Shown: one piece after another, positions 50,101 to 63,564 of the stretch
Layout of the letters: the number at the start of each line of letters is the position of its first letter
Position numbering within the stretch: the first letter of the stretch is position 1
Assembly: GCA_030248215.1 (NCBI GenBank)
Contig: JASANG010000424.1
Coordinates: forward strand, 124,001-188,000
Reading direction: 5' to 3'
DNA from: Enoplolaimus lenunculus
Lineage: Eukaryota
DNA: 64,000 bases
Made by a program: the position numbers and the translations under genes
The notes under the pieces: model-generated
What the model was told of the DNA's origin: nothing
Database searches by the model: none
Seen by the model: the letters and a program-made list of their open reading frames with translations, nothing else

Positions 50101-53100
50101 TGCTAAAATAACAAATCTGTCCCGAAATAAACCGTATGGTACTCGCTTTTCGCGTTTCAAACTCTAACGTTGAAAAAATAGCAAAATAAATGCCACTTGA
50201 CGCTTTCAAATGAACACATTTTAGAATTTTTATTATATACTGTAAATTCCATGATGAGTTGAGTAGTCAACTCAGCTAGCGAGTAAATTATTCATGAGCT
50301 ATTAACGACGGTAAAAAGTATTAACTCACTCTGAACTAAAAGATGGTTATCACTCTCTGTCGATTTTATTCCGAATCAGTTAATCAATTAACTCAGTATG
50401 AGTTCAATCAAATCAAAATTTATGAGTTCTGATTATCCTGACTCTGACTGAGCTATAGAACTTATTCTAAGTTAAAATCAACTCACCGTAATTTTACAGT
50501 GTACTAGTTTCAAAGAAAATTATATGCTTACACGGTAGCGAAGAAGAAGTGTGAAAAAATAACAATAGAAGCATACTGGCGTATGCAAACAATACCTGCA
50601 ACAACTACAGCATATACCGCACGATGCGATTAATGCAATTAATAATGCGATCCATCCGAGTGACATCAGAACCACAACTGCAACCCTCCATGCTGGTGGG
50701 CTGTTGTTCTGAAACGCAATTATTTCGTTGCTAACACAAAATTTGCTTTGTTTTGTGTCAGTGTTACAAATCGCAGAGTTTTAACTCACTGTAAATCCCA
50801 GTAAGTTAATTTTAACTCAGAATGAATTGAACCCACTCAGAAGTCTGAGCTCTGAGTTAGGTCTTTCAGAACTCAGAATTGTGAACTGTTTCAACTTATT
50901 CTGAGTTAATTAATCAACTCATCCGGAATTCAAACAACACAGCGTGAGATAAAATTTACTATTATTAATTCAGAAATAACCATAAATGATTAATTCTTTC
51001 TTTGATTGAATTAAATCAACTCATCGAATTTTACAGTGTAGTAATCCGTAATTGCACACATATGCAACTCTCCAAATCTATTGCGTTTTGGTATACATTC
51101 CAAAGTATTATTTGTTTTTAAACAAGCCTTGCCTAAGCTTTCAGATTTGAAAGTAGGATTGAAGGCATTCCATCTTTCGCCTTTCAGCACATACGGTAGA
51201 AGCCGTAATTTCACTTTTGCAAAGTGCGTTCACTTGCGGTTGAAAAACAGCAAGCCTTGTGTAAAATTAAGGCAGATCGAGATATTACTAGGTTATACTG
51301 TGTTTCAAAACGGTATGCACTTAGATACGTACATCTAAAAGTTAATCATAACATGCACTGTAAATTCCGATGAGTTGATTAATCAACTCAAATAGCGAAT
51401 TACTCATTTCTGGTTTATTTCTGAGTTAAAAACAGTAAACGTTAACTCGCTCTGAGTTGGTTTAATTCCGGGAAAGTTAATTAATTAACTCAGAATGAGT
51501 TAATTTAATTCCACAATTTGAGTTATGATAGACCTAATTCAGAGCTCACATTTCTGAGTGGATTCAACTGATTCTGAGTTAAAATCAACTCACTTGAATT
51601 TATAGTGTGCTAGAGAATATCGTGGTGAACGAAGGAAGTTAATACAGTGATCTAATTTTCTGACAGTACAGAATTTACACTATTTTTCTATAAAATATGA
51701 CTAACAAGTTTGCAGAATCACACGGAGTAAGGTCTCCTATTTAAGGGCGGGAAGCGCTCTCAACACTGTAAATTCCAATGAGTTGATTAATCAATTCAGC
51801 TAGCAGGTTCGTTATTCCTGAATTAATAACAGTAAACATTAACTCACCCTGATTTGAGTTGATTCTCACGCTGAGTTGCGTTGACTCTGGATGAGTTGAT
51901 GAATTACCCAGAATGAATTGAATCAACTCAATATTCTGAGTCCCGATAGTACTAACTCAGACTGACTGATTCAATTCATTATGAGTTAAAATCAACTCAC
52001 TGAAATTTACAGTGCGTTTATAGAACAAAATATACAACATTTATTGTTCTATGAAAATGGAAACAGTTTTCCACCGGTGAAATCTTCTATTTAATTTCCA
52101 TACGTTGCGTAAACATATGAATCTGCTGGAACGTTGCCCAAAATACGTATGTGAATCGTTTCAGCTTTAATAAATCTGAGCTGTGTATGCAATATGCGCT
52201 TTATATTCAATTTATCTAAACTTGAGAACAAGCGTCGAGCATTAAATAATGCAAATTCTAGAGAAATATGCATCAGTTTTCTAACTGAATTTTGAAATCG
52301 ATTTAAGTCAAAGGTTTTACTCGTTAAGTTTTTAATATTTACCGAATAAGGATTGCGCTATACTTTAGTGTGCCAGACATTGCGGAACGGCGCCGGGCGC
52401 CACTATGCGTTAATAACAAAAATATAAGCAAAATCTGTTTGATGCCGTGCGACAATTTTTTATAATTTTTCTTCTGTAAGTTGTAATATATGCAAAAGTT
52501 GATCAATTTTAATTATATGACCATATTAGTTGATAAAGCATATTTTTAAGGATAAGCTTAAACCTAAGTGTTGAAAACTAAAGGGTAACGCTATATATCC
52601 TTTTGAGGACGTCCAGTGCTGTCCGTCATCCGTACGGCGCCGTCCGATGACACCACCAAAAACCTAAGCAAAAAACTAGTCTAAGCTTATGCTTTAATGC
52701 CCTGCTGCAATGCCACTGAAACACAGGACGCATCTGAAGAATATGGGCCAATTTTGAAATATGAAATCTTCAAGTTAAAACATTTGGCCAAAGTTTTTCA
52801 TAAAACCTCAATACAGGATGATATAAGAGAGTTAACACTGTTAATATAGTAATGTCCAAGGCCATATAGTGATATTGATATATTTTTCGGTTTTTGGTAC
52901 CCCAAGCCACTGTTTGCCTAAAATAGTTCAACAGATAATTTTTGCATATTTGAGCTTCTCGCGACTTCTCCTGATCATTCATTCGTCAGTCTTGGTCTTT
53001 TTTAAAAGTTAGATTTTATATTTCAAAAAGATCAACAGTATAATGTTTGCCACTTTTCCTACGATTTGAATACAGCAAATCAGTTATTCCACTAAAATAA

Positions 53101-54272
53101 GTTAATTTGTTGCCTAGTCGCAGAATATCTATGATAAAATGGTTCGATCCAGCTATGAAAGTTGAACGGAACAATTTCTAAAATTTTTTGAAATGTTGGC
53201 CAATGTATTCAACAGGGGCGGAACCGTATTATAAGCATCTTAAAAAAATAGTCCAGCGCTTAAGCTTACTCTTTTCTAGTGCCATAGAAAAATGTTCCGC
53301 CCCTGATCTTTACATGGGCCGAAATTTTTAAGAAAAATTTTTTCCCACTATGAAATTTTAAAAGTTAAAATTTAGAAATGAAAAACTCAGCACTGGCCAC
53401 TCGAAGTTGAAATCTGCAAAAAGGGTTGCAAAATCGAACCATTTCGTGGCAAACTCCGGTTGAGAAGATTGAAGTAATCGTTCAGACGCAATTTTTACAG
53501 TACTGTGAGCACTATTACACTGTAAATTCCAATGAGTTGATTATTCTGTTCAGCTAGCGTGTGGGTTATTTCTGGATTAATATCAGTAAACATTTAACTC
53601 ACTCTCAGTTGAGTTAATTCTCACTCCGAGTTGAGTTACCTTGGGTGAATTGAGTATATAATTAATTCAGAATGATTGAGTAATTAATTCAGAATGAATT
53701 TAATTGACTCAAAATTCTGAGTTCTGATAGTCCTAACTTGGACTGAGTGATTCAACTCATTATGAGTGAAAATAAACTCACTGAAGCTTACAGTGTTCAC
53801 TGTAAATTTCAGTGAGTTGATTTTAACTCAGAATGAGTTGAATCACTCAGTATGAGTTAGGACTTTCAGAACTCAGAAATTTGAGTTGATTCAATTCATT
53901 ATGAGTTAATTAATCAACTCACCCAGCGTCAACTCAACTCAGAGTGAGAATCAAATCAACTCAGAGTAAGCTAATGTATACTGATATTAATTCAGAAATA
54001 ACCAACTCGCTAGCTGAATTGATTAATCAACTGATTGGAATTTACAGTGTATACGGAGTTAAAGCATTTACCATTGCAGACGAGCAACTAAACTTCTCTG
54101 CGGTGCCAACTTTAACATGGGTACACGATCCTGTAATCCCGATCCATGTTGTCATCAATTCGTTTGATTTGGTTTTAGACCACGACGCATAGCCTAAACC
54201 GCAATCAGCAATGAAAGCGATAATTAGCAATGCTAACAGTATACCAAATACAGTCGAACAAGTACAACCCAT
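47128..54272 (-). CDS. Claudin-like (Clc / PMP-22-claudin superfamily) four-TM protein, 196 aa. Exons 54272-54072, 50708-50596, 48868-48723, 47258-47128
   Basis: Phases 0,2,1 join; 591 nt. TM1 is followed by a W...W.GI...C...C extracellular loop, then PAWRVAVVVLMSLGW, a Cys cluster (GICCSCCR) after TM2, and GYKFDYGFYIAW before TM4. This is the layout of nematode clc-type claudins. Confidence 0.82.
49300..49520. repeat. ~19-20-bp tandem repeat AAATTCAAATTTTGGCGGG (~10 degenerate units), in claudin intron 2
   Basis: Directly visible. Confidence 0.85.
51764..52014. mobile_element. MITE family A copy in claudin intron 1 (a degenerate copy at 50238-50501 lies in intron 2)
   Basis: CACTGTAAATTCCAATGAG...GAAATTTACAGTG. 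Confidence 0.85.
53198..53320. mobile_element. Short MITE family B copy lacking the TTAGGC tract
   Basis: GAAATGTT|GGCCAATG...TACATGGGCC|GAAATTTT, about 123 bp. Confidence 0.8.
53518..54049. mobile_element. Two abutting, oppositely oriented MITE family A copies (53518-53795 and 53798-54049)
   Basis: Junction ...GCTTACAGTG-TT-CACTGTAAATTTCAG...; outer flanks are TA. Confidence 0.88.
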
Positions 54273-54383
54273 TGTTTAATACTTGGTTTCTGTTGTTAAT
54301 ATGTTTTATTTTTATTTATTAATTTTTTAAAGAATATTTCTTTTGTTAAAGATAGTAAAAAACTGAAATATTTTTTGATTTAA

Positions 54384-54826
54384 CCCTTTCTCACATGAAT
54401 ATTTTGTATATCGTCTGATTATTGTTGATTTCACGCCAGAAATCAATGAAAACGGCTATCGTTACACGTTTAGCGCAGTAAAACTGTGTTTTCAATAACC
54501 GTTTCCGTCATGAATACTTTAGGATATGCTATGCAACGCACTTCCTATATGCACAAATTCTAATTTAGAACGATTTCTAGAAATATCGGGGCATACGTTT
54601 GCAATAGCTAATAAATATACTGTACTGTCAGACTTTAGTGTTCTTCTGCGCTAGAACACTGCCCAGTAAACGTATGTGGAGCGTTCCAGTTTTAATAATG
54701 CAGATATACCCTTGAATTTTGCGTGTTCACGTTTTTTGACAAAACGTGGTGAATGTATTAAATTTACGCCTCCGACAAAGCACTCGTATACAAGTTAAAC
54801 GAAAGATTGTTCGAAGGCTTGAAGGG
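54384..54826. mobile_element. piggyBac-like MITE immediately upstream of the claudin-like gene
   Basis: TTAA|CCCTTTCTCACATGAATATT ... TTGAAGGG|TTAA; the left end matches the 41073 and 26253 family. Confidence 0.55.
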
Positions 54827-56399
54827 TTAATTAGTGGAATTATAGATGCAACTCTGGGGCATAACATTGGAATTTATGCCAATTAATGATAGATGACAAA
54901 TTAATCTGTCTGATTTTCGTAATCAGATCTTTGTCTGCTGACATAAAAACGATACATGTGACCAAAATCAGGAATAATATAGAATTTATGCAACTTTATT
55001 CAAAACAACGCACAAAGTTTCAATATTCAAAATAAATGCAAACTCTGTTAGCTATATGATTTCTGACGAGCCAATTTAATTTGTTCGAGGAAAACTTTAG
55101 GCCGCGGTGACAGATAATGTTTAAGGCTAACGTGCAAGTTTTTGCTGCGACAACTTACAGTTGCAAATTGTACGAAGAACTTGTATTTTTTCATCAGCCA
55201 ATGAGAAAACGGCTTCAATAAATTCAGTGAACTTGCATATGGTTATTCGAACATGTGAACTAAATTTTAAGCTATCATTTTTTAATGAATTATTTGCAGC
55301 TGCAAAACTTGCAAGTGCAAGTTGTAGCTGCAAGTTCTCGCAGCAACAACTTGCACGTGTAAATATAGGGCTTTAGTGGAGTATTAGATTTAAAAGTTTT
55401 TGCAATATTTTGATCCCATAAAGTTCACAATCTGAGAAAAAAAATGTAAATTTTGCGTCATTGTAACTTATGATTGTTATGGTTTCTTAGGTTTTTCAAG
55501 ACGAATATATGACTGCCATAAGTAAGTTTTCAATGCTTAAAAATAAACTATTCTAAAGAATCAACTCACTTCTAATAATTTGGCATGTATATAACATCTT
55601 TTCTCGTGGGACAGCTACTGTACTGTTGTTTTCGTGAGACTCCATTCCCATTCAATGAATTGAATCAAATCAAAATTTTGAGTTCTGATAGTCCAAACTC
55701 AGATTGAGTGATTCAACTCATTCTGAGTTAAACTCAAATCACTGAAATTTACAGTGAGAGGGCTTTCAAGTATTGAAAGGTATTTTTTTCATGGTACATT
55801 TATAAAAACGACTTGGCAAACACTGCATTGATTGCACGGCGTGCTCGCAATATTCATTTAGTTGCTCATAGTATACTCTTGTGCGGCGAAAGGTTAATAT
55901 TTAATAAAAATTGGAGCTTTCAAACATATCAGCCAATCACCGGCTAAAATGATGCTTTAAACGAACTGTCTTTAGATAAATTAGAATGAACAGAAAAAAA
56001 AAACAAATACAAAATAAAATGTAGCATAGCAACGGGTACAATTCAAAGAATACAACGTATCTTAGTTACATTATTGTATTCTAAACACTACCTGCAATAA
56101 CCATAAACCTGTGACTGACAATCAGGGCCGGAGCAGCCACTTCCCATACTCCCATTTGGGGGTGTCCCTACTCCTAAAGAGGCCCCCACCCTAAGCGGTT
56201 GAAACAAAAACCGCCGAAGTTATAAAATGCGTCTGGCTTCTTACTCGCTTTGCTCGCGAGTTTGGAAGACCCCACCCTGGAGTTTGGGGGGTGCCCTCAT
56301 TTATGTCTTCTCAGGCACTGCGGACAGTACACTGAAATCTGGTGTAAACATGACAAAGTACGTACTTAGACGCGATATGTGCTGCCTGCTTTAAGATCA

Positions 56400-58110
56400 T
56401 GTCGGTTTCGCTGTTGGTGTTTTACCAAAAATAAATTTAGGCTTTCGAATCGGAATGCCAAAATTCGGCTTTGCGATATTTCTCTTGTTTTGGTTGGTCT
56501 GGCTGGAACATTGGCATGTCTGCTTCGGTTCGAAAAATGGGAAAAGTGGAAAATTCAAGCCTAGGCATATGATTCTTTTTGGTTGGTAGGAAAAATTCAA
56601 AATGCATAGGTTTTCAATGGCTCAGGCAGGGAAAATATGGACCAAAGGTTTTGTTTGGAAAAGGGGAAAAGTCGAATATTTAGACATATAGGTTTTTCTT
56701 GGTCAGGCAGAAAAATTCTGAAGCGTTCGTTTTGTTAATAAAACGGGAAAAGTAGAAAATTTAAACGCCTAAGTGTTCCCAGCCAAAATTATGCATGTAA
56801 TTTATTCTACAAACGTGCGGAATTCCTTGCCGTCATACAGGAGTGGCTACGCTTCAGATTTTCCCTACCAAACCATGAAAAATTTGGGTTTTCATTTTCT
56901 GCTTTTCCGTTCTGCAAACAAATTTTACGCTTCAAATTTTCCCCACAAGACCTGATAATAGGGATACTAAGCAAGCAGGATGGAGGCGTCCCCTAAGCCC
57001 CCTGCGCTGAGCATTTATTATTAAAGCCGCTAAAATGACTGAAATAGTTTTGAACAGTTTGGTGGTCATCCTGCTTATAGTCTCATTTCAAGTCGCCCGG
57101 GGGTTTCAGTATTAGTCTAATAATCGCGAAAGATTGTGGTGAGGGGTAGTTTTTCATTGTGAGATAAAGAAGAAGCGGCAGCTCCCCACCCTGCTTTACT
57201 ATCCCTTCAAATCGCAGAGGGGTCCCGCAATTTGTGTATACGTGAAAGATTGTGGCGGGGGGGGGTATTTTCCGTTGTGGGGGAACTAAAAAATGTCTGA
57301 ATTAAATACGTCTTTAATTTTTAATGTGTCATCCACGTTAAAATGCACGCGCCGATGTAATAAATGGTCCACCCCCCATTTGGAACAGTATCGAAATACA
57401 CATCCTAGCTGGAAGCAAGGTACAGTTTCATAGCTGTACTTAGATAGTGGTGATTGTCTAAACTCTGTCGGCAGGGACTCTGGATGAAACATGTTGTCTG
57501 TAGTGCACAAATATTCACGCACATCATTCAACACAAAAAACTGAGTCCCTTCCGAGGGACTATGTATAATAACAGTTCCTGATAAAGATGTCAGGACAAG
57601 TAAATATTTATACCTAGAGCATATTCATTGTCTAAAACTTCAGACAATGACATACTGACATCTCACACAGTGTATAAAGAGAGTGGGTAGGGACAACGCA
57701 GGCACCCAAAAGAGAGGGACATTTTTTTACATATGTGCGTGCATTTTAACGTGTATGACCCATAACATTTGCCCTTTTCCAAACAAAACCTTTCGTTCAG
57801 CTTTTCCATACGAACCCAGGAAAAATCATCGGAGTTTAAAATTTACACTTTTCCCGTTTTTCAAATTTTCCATTTTCAGTGTTTCAAGCAAAACCTATGC
57901 TTCAGATTTTCCTATCAACTCAAAAATAATCTAAACGTTTAGGTTTTCCACTTTTCCCAGTTTCCAAACAAGGTTTTTAGAATAATCTAACGTTTAGATT
58001 TTACAGTTTTCGCGTTTCCAAGCAAAGTTTTACACTACAGATTTCCCTACCGAACCAGAGAATATCCAGGCTAATGTATTTTCCGCTTTTCCGTGTTTCC
58101 AAACAAGCTT
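56400..58110. repeat. Degenerate foldback-like element: subrepeat arms in opposite orientation (56400-56775 versus 56845-56950 and 57770-58110) with ~0.8 kb of intervening sequence
   Basis: AAAGGTTTTGTTTGGAAAAGGG (~56644) is the reverse complement of CCCTTTTCCAAACAAAACCTTT (~57772); both arms are built from similar subrepeats. Confidence 0.55.
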
Positions 58111-59149
58111 TATGTTTGTGGCGTATTTGTGGTGGAGTTTGCTGCATTTTAGTGAATTGTCATTAAATACATTTTGACAACAGGTCATTTAACACATTCT
58201 AAAATTTGTGAGTTTTCCGTTCGAGTTCGCGTTGGCTATCTACTCGTATTGGTGTTCGGTTTTGAAGTAGAGGTTGTGGAATTTTAACCATGGTCAATTT
58301 TAGTTGCTTTTTATATACACTGAACCTATAGTAAAATAAATCATTCATTCGTCTTTAACAACATGGCTAGTAGTATTATGTGAGAAATTTAATATTTTTG
58401 AACACAGGGAAGAAAACATATATCAAAACAAAACCGGGGGCTTGTTGTGTTTCAGTAAAGCGTTTTTCAATGTAAACACGGAAGGGAAGCAAGTATTACA
58501 TTTTGAAAGAATATTTTTGTTCTGCGTATAGTTGCAAGAATCTTTTTGATCTGCGTATAGTTGCTTGTGGCACTTTTACTAAGTGGCCAACTGGGGTTAC
58601 TTTAGGTTGTCGAGTGTAATCATGTCAGACATGCTTGTCCTGCTGCATATGCAATATATACAATGCACATAGCGTAGTATGCTTGTCGGCAGCCTACGGT
58701 TGACACATAATTTACAAAATTTACAAAATATACACGACGATACAAGCAGTTAGTAAGGCGGGTTGCGTGATGCAGGGGTAACTGCGTCTTGCTGACCCAC
58801 GGGTCTAAAATCACGGATCCTACCTAGTCTGACATCGGTATTGCACGCTGGAGTGAATATCCCATTATATTACAGATAGCGCACACATAAAAAAGTCACC
58901 ACGTAATACACATTGAATAGTAGCTACGAAGTACACAGCGTAGCACACTAGTAAAACAGCGCATATGAAGGCATTTCATATGCATCAGTATTTTAACCAA
59001 TGTGCAGCATCAGCATGAGACTTGTTTTTAACGGCTTCGCGAACGCACGAGGAAATCTAAATCTGTTTGCATCCTGTAAGCAAAAAGTTTAAATGAAGTA
59101 TTTTTTATTTCAGGCTTCAGTATAGCACATAACTTTTCACTATTAAGAC

Positions 59150-62100
59150 ATGAGTCGTAAAACACAGCGGAAACCATTGCTCACAGAGGAGAACAAAAGC
59201 TCGGATGAGGAGGAGCTCGAGACCTCTGGAAATGATGTTTGTTTTCAATCGCCTTCAGGAGGAAAATTTAGGAGACTTCAGCCTTTGAGTCCGGATAATG
59301 AATTTGGTACTAGTAAACGAACTGGAAGAAGTTCTAAGGGAGCGGTAAGTACGTGTTTTACAGCTTAACGTTTGTTCTGCTTTTATCTATGTCATTTAAT
59401 TCTTTGAGACAACTTTATGCATCTTATTATTGATGTATTATTTAACACGCGGATATGGTGTATGGATTCTGATGCTATGCTCGTGGATATGTTTTCGGAA
59501 GCAATATATAGGTGGGCGTTAGACTCATGCGTCAAATGGGCTTAATGCGCAGCTTATAACTTGGAGTATCTTAGTAATTGTGATTGCTGCATTCAGTATA
59601 TACATCAATTTATTAATTCGATAAGTGATATTTATTAGTGTTTTTGGTCTTTAAGGATCACCAGTCGAGAAATTTTAACGTATCAGCTCAGGAAATTCAA
59701 GTCGATCCCACCAAATTATCCCCAGAAGCACAACAGTGCACACAATCAACCATTGAAGATGCGGTTTGTGCTGTGATTGCTAATACACAACACGTTTTAT
59801 TGCAGCACGAATCTGATATGCATGACCATGTTGGGTCGTTTTCATCAGAAAAACCAGCTTTTACTGCAGGGTCAGAAACATACATCGCGAATGGAACTTC
59901 TCATTCGGTAAAGACCGAAGTGATTGCAGCATCAGTAGTAGATAATGTGGCGGGTTTAGCCAACAGTATATCGAGAACTGATAACCAGGTTGACAGAAGT
60001 GCGGGTAGTTTGCGGCAAGCTATTCGTGCTAGCCGTATAGAGATGCGGGAATCGGATATACCAAACCAAGGAGCGGATACTAGAAATTTGCATGAGACAA
60101 ATGGTGAATCGTATTCAGCTTTTCCGGATACATCTGTCACTAACAGTGAGACTGATGTAGTCGACTCAAAAGGTACTGATACAAGCTTAAAAAGTAAGAA
60201 GGCACGCAACACGGGCAGGAACAGGCTGCGGTCAAGCGCGACCAAAACGACAATGGTGTCCGGAGTTGGAAAAACTGACGTCACTGGTGTTGGCGGTAGC
60301 AAGTTGTCTGACGGTGTAATAGTGGACGTGGGAAAAGACCCTCCTGTTATACCTGAGGGGTCTGAGTTAGAACCAATAAAGCCGAGAAATTTTAAGGATG
60401 CTGTACGTAGTTTCGTGGACGAGCACTCGCGAAATGGCGGAGTGTCACACTCAGGATCAACGTCTTCCTCTGATACTGAGGTCATCACTGAGACGTGGAG
60501 TTTTGAGGATAAATTGCAGTTGTTGAGAACGATGGAAAAGTAAGTTGTGTAATACGTCAAGATTATAAATTTGAAAGTTTACTATGTTGACTAACGACCT
60601 GAACAATCCCGCATTAGCGATATCGGATCAATTTTCATGCTTGGTTAAGGTGTAATGGTTATGGGCAGGACAACACTGTCTTACAAGATGGGCCTCACAA
60701 TTAGATGTCCGAAAAATCATTCGTTTTTAGCAAAGTCTGAGCATAAAGAGTATTTCACAGTAATTATTTGTGGAACAGTGACTGTAGGGTAATAGTAATG
60801 GACCTATGTATGTAGTCTCTTAAGTGGCACAGATGGGTCGAAGTCTTGAAATCGTAGCGAAACATTTAAAAGTTTAAAATATGTAACTGTGGATCAAGAC
60901 TGGCAACCGTCGAATGGCAAAACAAGGTACATTGTGCAACTTGTTGGAAAAATGAATTGTAAAAGAAAATAAAACTTTGCTGTAATTTTAGAATGATTCC
61001 TCTTATACTTAATGAATTATTGTTCTATTGTTAATTTCAGCAAATACTATCCGAAACATCATGCACTTGCGTTGAAAAAATGTGTGGATACAAAAACTAC
61101 AAAACAGGTTAGGATGTTTTAAGAGGGGTTTGGTGTTCGACATAATAAGTGGGTAATCGCATGCTACCATTTTTTGATGAAGGGAACGATGAAACAAAAA
61201 AACCAGATCCATTTTGTTAGACTTTCAGCCGAATGCTTGTTGTTTACTGGAAGAATTTAGTTAGTTTTATTTGTTACATTTTGTTTCTTAATTTATGGTG
61301 TTATCAAATAATCGAAATGGATTCGACATCGGGCTGTGTTTTAAGCGCATGAGCCTTTGAAATTTGGTTTTTAAAGTTTTGTTGTGTTATACAAATTAAT
61401 TTGATGTACGAGAATAAATTCGTGTTTTGATGTTGCCAAAAATAATTTGCCGCCGATTGATTTCGTTTAGTGAATATTTAAATGTTTCTCAATGAAGAAA
61501 ATCGGCGATGACATAGATTAAACGCAGTTTTTTTGTTGTAGGTTTCTGATTATTTTGACAAACTGGTGTCTACAATTCCGTTGATTTCGAAAGGTAAATT
61601 TAAAGATGGGATGTATAAACCACTGTAATGATGCAATATGGAGTTTTGTTATACTTTTCAGCAATAAATATGCAGCTATATAGAATACGTACCAGCGCTG
61701 AGCCGGAGCTGGACATCCGATTGAACCCTGCTACATACCCCACCCATGTTCGCAATTAGACTGTTTATTTTCTATACGTTGTCCAATTTTTGGTTATTTA
61801 TAGTTAACAAATACAGCAATACAAGGTGTGTTGTTGCGAACGCATACCTACCACTAGTAGCAGTAAGTGATACTGAAAATATAGATTCAGGGCTAAATTA
61901 CTACATGAAGCAAAGCTGAATTTAATACTGTCGAAAAGTATGAATATTTTCAGTAAACAAAATATTTCCTGGTGACGAGCGAACATTCGTAACTGAAGAA
62001 CAAGATAACAACAATCTGATGAAAGCAATTAATGTAAATATTTATATATAGTTTGATTTTTGTAAAACTGAGAGATGTATGCATTGAGCTTACTATGTGT

Positions 62101-63564
62101 CACCATCTAGCTTAAAATAAGAATTTGAAGATTAGGGTAGATAAACTTACAAAACGATGATCGAAACTATCGTAACACAAAGTAGATTATGTAGGCGCTT
62201 GCAGTAAACGTACAAAATGGGTTTGTCTAAGTTTCTTCTATTGCATTTGGTTGATAATGAAACTTAAGTCATGAAATTACCTGTTCTTTTAATTCTGAAA
62301 ATGTTATGGAATTTGGTATACAGACTTGGGTCAATGAACATAAAATTTCTCGTTTCATTCATCTTGGAACAGATAGGTAGATAAGTATTATTATCAATAA
62401 TCCGCCTAATAGGCGTTCGCGAAGAAAAGTGTAGGGGAAGCTAATAATGGGTTACAGCTACTGTTTACAGACATTTTCGTCGATAGCGTCAAAAACGTTA
62501 GCTGGGCGACCGGATTATTCTTACGTTCTTGCTGATGCGTACGCAGTAATTGGCCGGTCACTTGGGCATGCGGAAAGATCTCAAGCACAAGTGATTGGTC
62601 CAACTGCACAACGGCCTTCAGAAGTTGAACAAACAGCACAAGGTGATCGTATTGCTATTGGTGGACGTCATTATGCCATCAGCTATGGACGGTTGTATAC
62701 GTATATAGCTGGATTGCTGCGTGGAATGCCTAACAATGTTGTTGTCCTTAATTCGTTGGGTAAGTGCGTTTTATCTTGAGAAAAGGTGTGCACTAATTGC
62801 TTGGGGAAAGATGGAAATTTGGGCAGGAGTAGGATAGTTCGAGGACAGGTTGAATAAATATTGGTGAGATGGAATATTTTCTGGAAAGGTGGGGTGCAAC
62901 ACTTAGCTGGGTATTTCAGGGAATACTTTGACGGATGTGTCATGTATTATGCACTTCTTTCTTTTGGCTTTTAAGATTTTTTTATTTTAGAGATGTTTAT
63001 TTTATTGGATTTGTTGGAAGAACTTGCTGAAGAAGTACGGTCACTTCCTGATGACAGTGATCGCACGAAGTATATCACGCAGTTGCTGGAAGCTAACGCA
63101 ACCGGTTCATTGAAACCAGGTAAGTACAGCATTGCGCTTTACACATGTTCGAAAACGATTACTTCTTCACTCAGTTGAGTATTCGGCTCATGACACATAT
63201 CAACCTGTTATCCCCGGAAAGCATGGAATTTTTCAAAATCATTTAAGACTGTTTGCAAAAGTAATTAATTTAACAGATTTTGCATTTGCCGGTAATGATT
63301 TTGTTCTGCATACAGTTGAGAATATTGAATAAAAGCAATGTAGTTTATTTTCTTCGGAAGACAATGATTATGGACTGTTTTATTGTTTTATTTGTGCTTG
63401 TAGTGATCTTTAAGTTGATTGCAGCACCTCGCCAAGTCACTACGCTCAGTTCAACTACAGAACAAGGCAAGCTATTTTTGGCGGAAGTCGATCTGACAAG
63501 TCTGAATCCGTTGAATATTCCTGTGAAATTATTGAAATTAACTGAAAGAACAAAATCGAAATGA
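59150..63564 (+). CDS. SNAPC2: Probable snRNA-activating protein complex subunit 2 (SNAPC2/SNAP45)-like protein with a long low-complexity N-terminus, 604 aa. Exons 59150-59344, 59656-60539, 61041-61107, 61542-61593, 61804-61862, 62471-62759, 62991-63119, 63425-63564
   Basis: Seven GT-AG introns with consistent phases (1815 nt). Myb/SANT-like block WSFEDKLQLLRTME...KTTKQVSDYFDKL, central block ISYGRLYTYIAGLLRG...LNSLEMFILLDLLEELAEEV and C-terminal SLNPLNIPVKLL. These match, in order, the conserved blocks I recall from vertebrate SNAP45 (WS..EK.QLL; DFEKIYKYLS...ESAVVLDLL..LPEEL; PLNPFLVPLELL). The gene model is firmer than the orthology call. Confidence 0.72.

Noticed and set aside
50530..50595. 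Alternative downstream donors for claudin exon 2 (CCA|GTATGC and CGT|GTAAGC)
   Set aside because: Both are phase 0, while the next exon needs phase 2; AG|GTATTG at 50596 fits.
58780..58870. GGTATTGCAC motif reminiscent of U1/U2 snRNA loops, near the SNAPC2-like gene
   Set aside because: There is no Sm site, no snRNA 5' sequence and no supporting stems.
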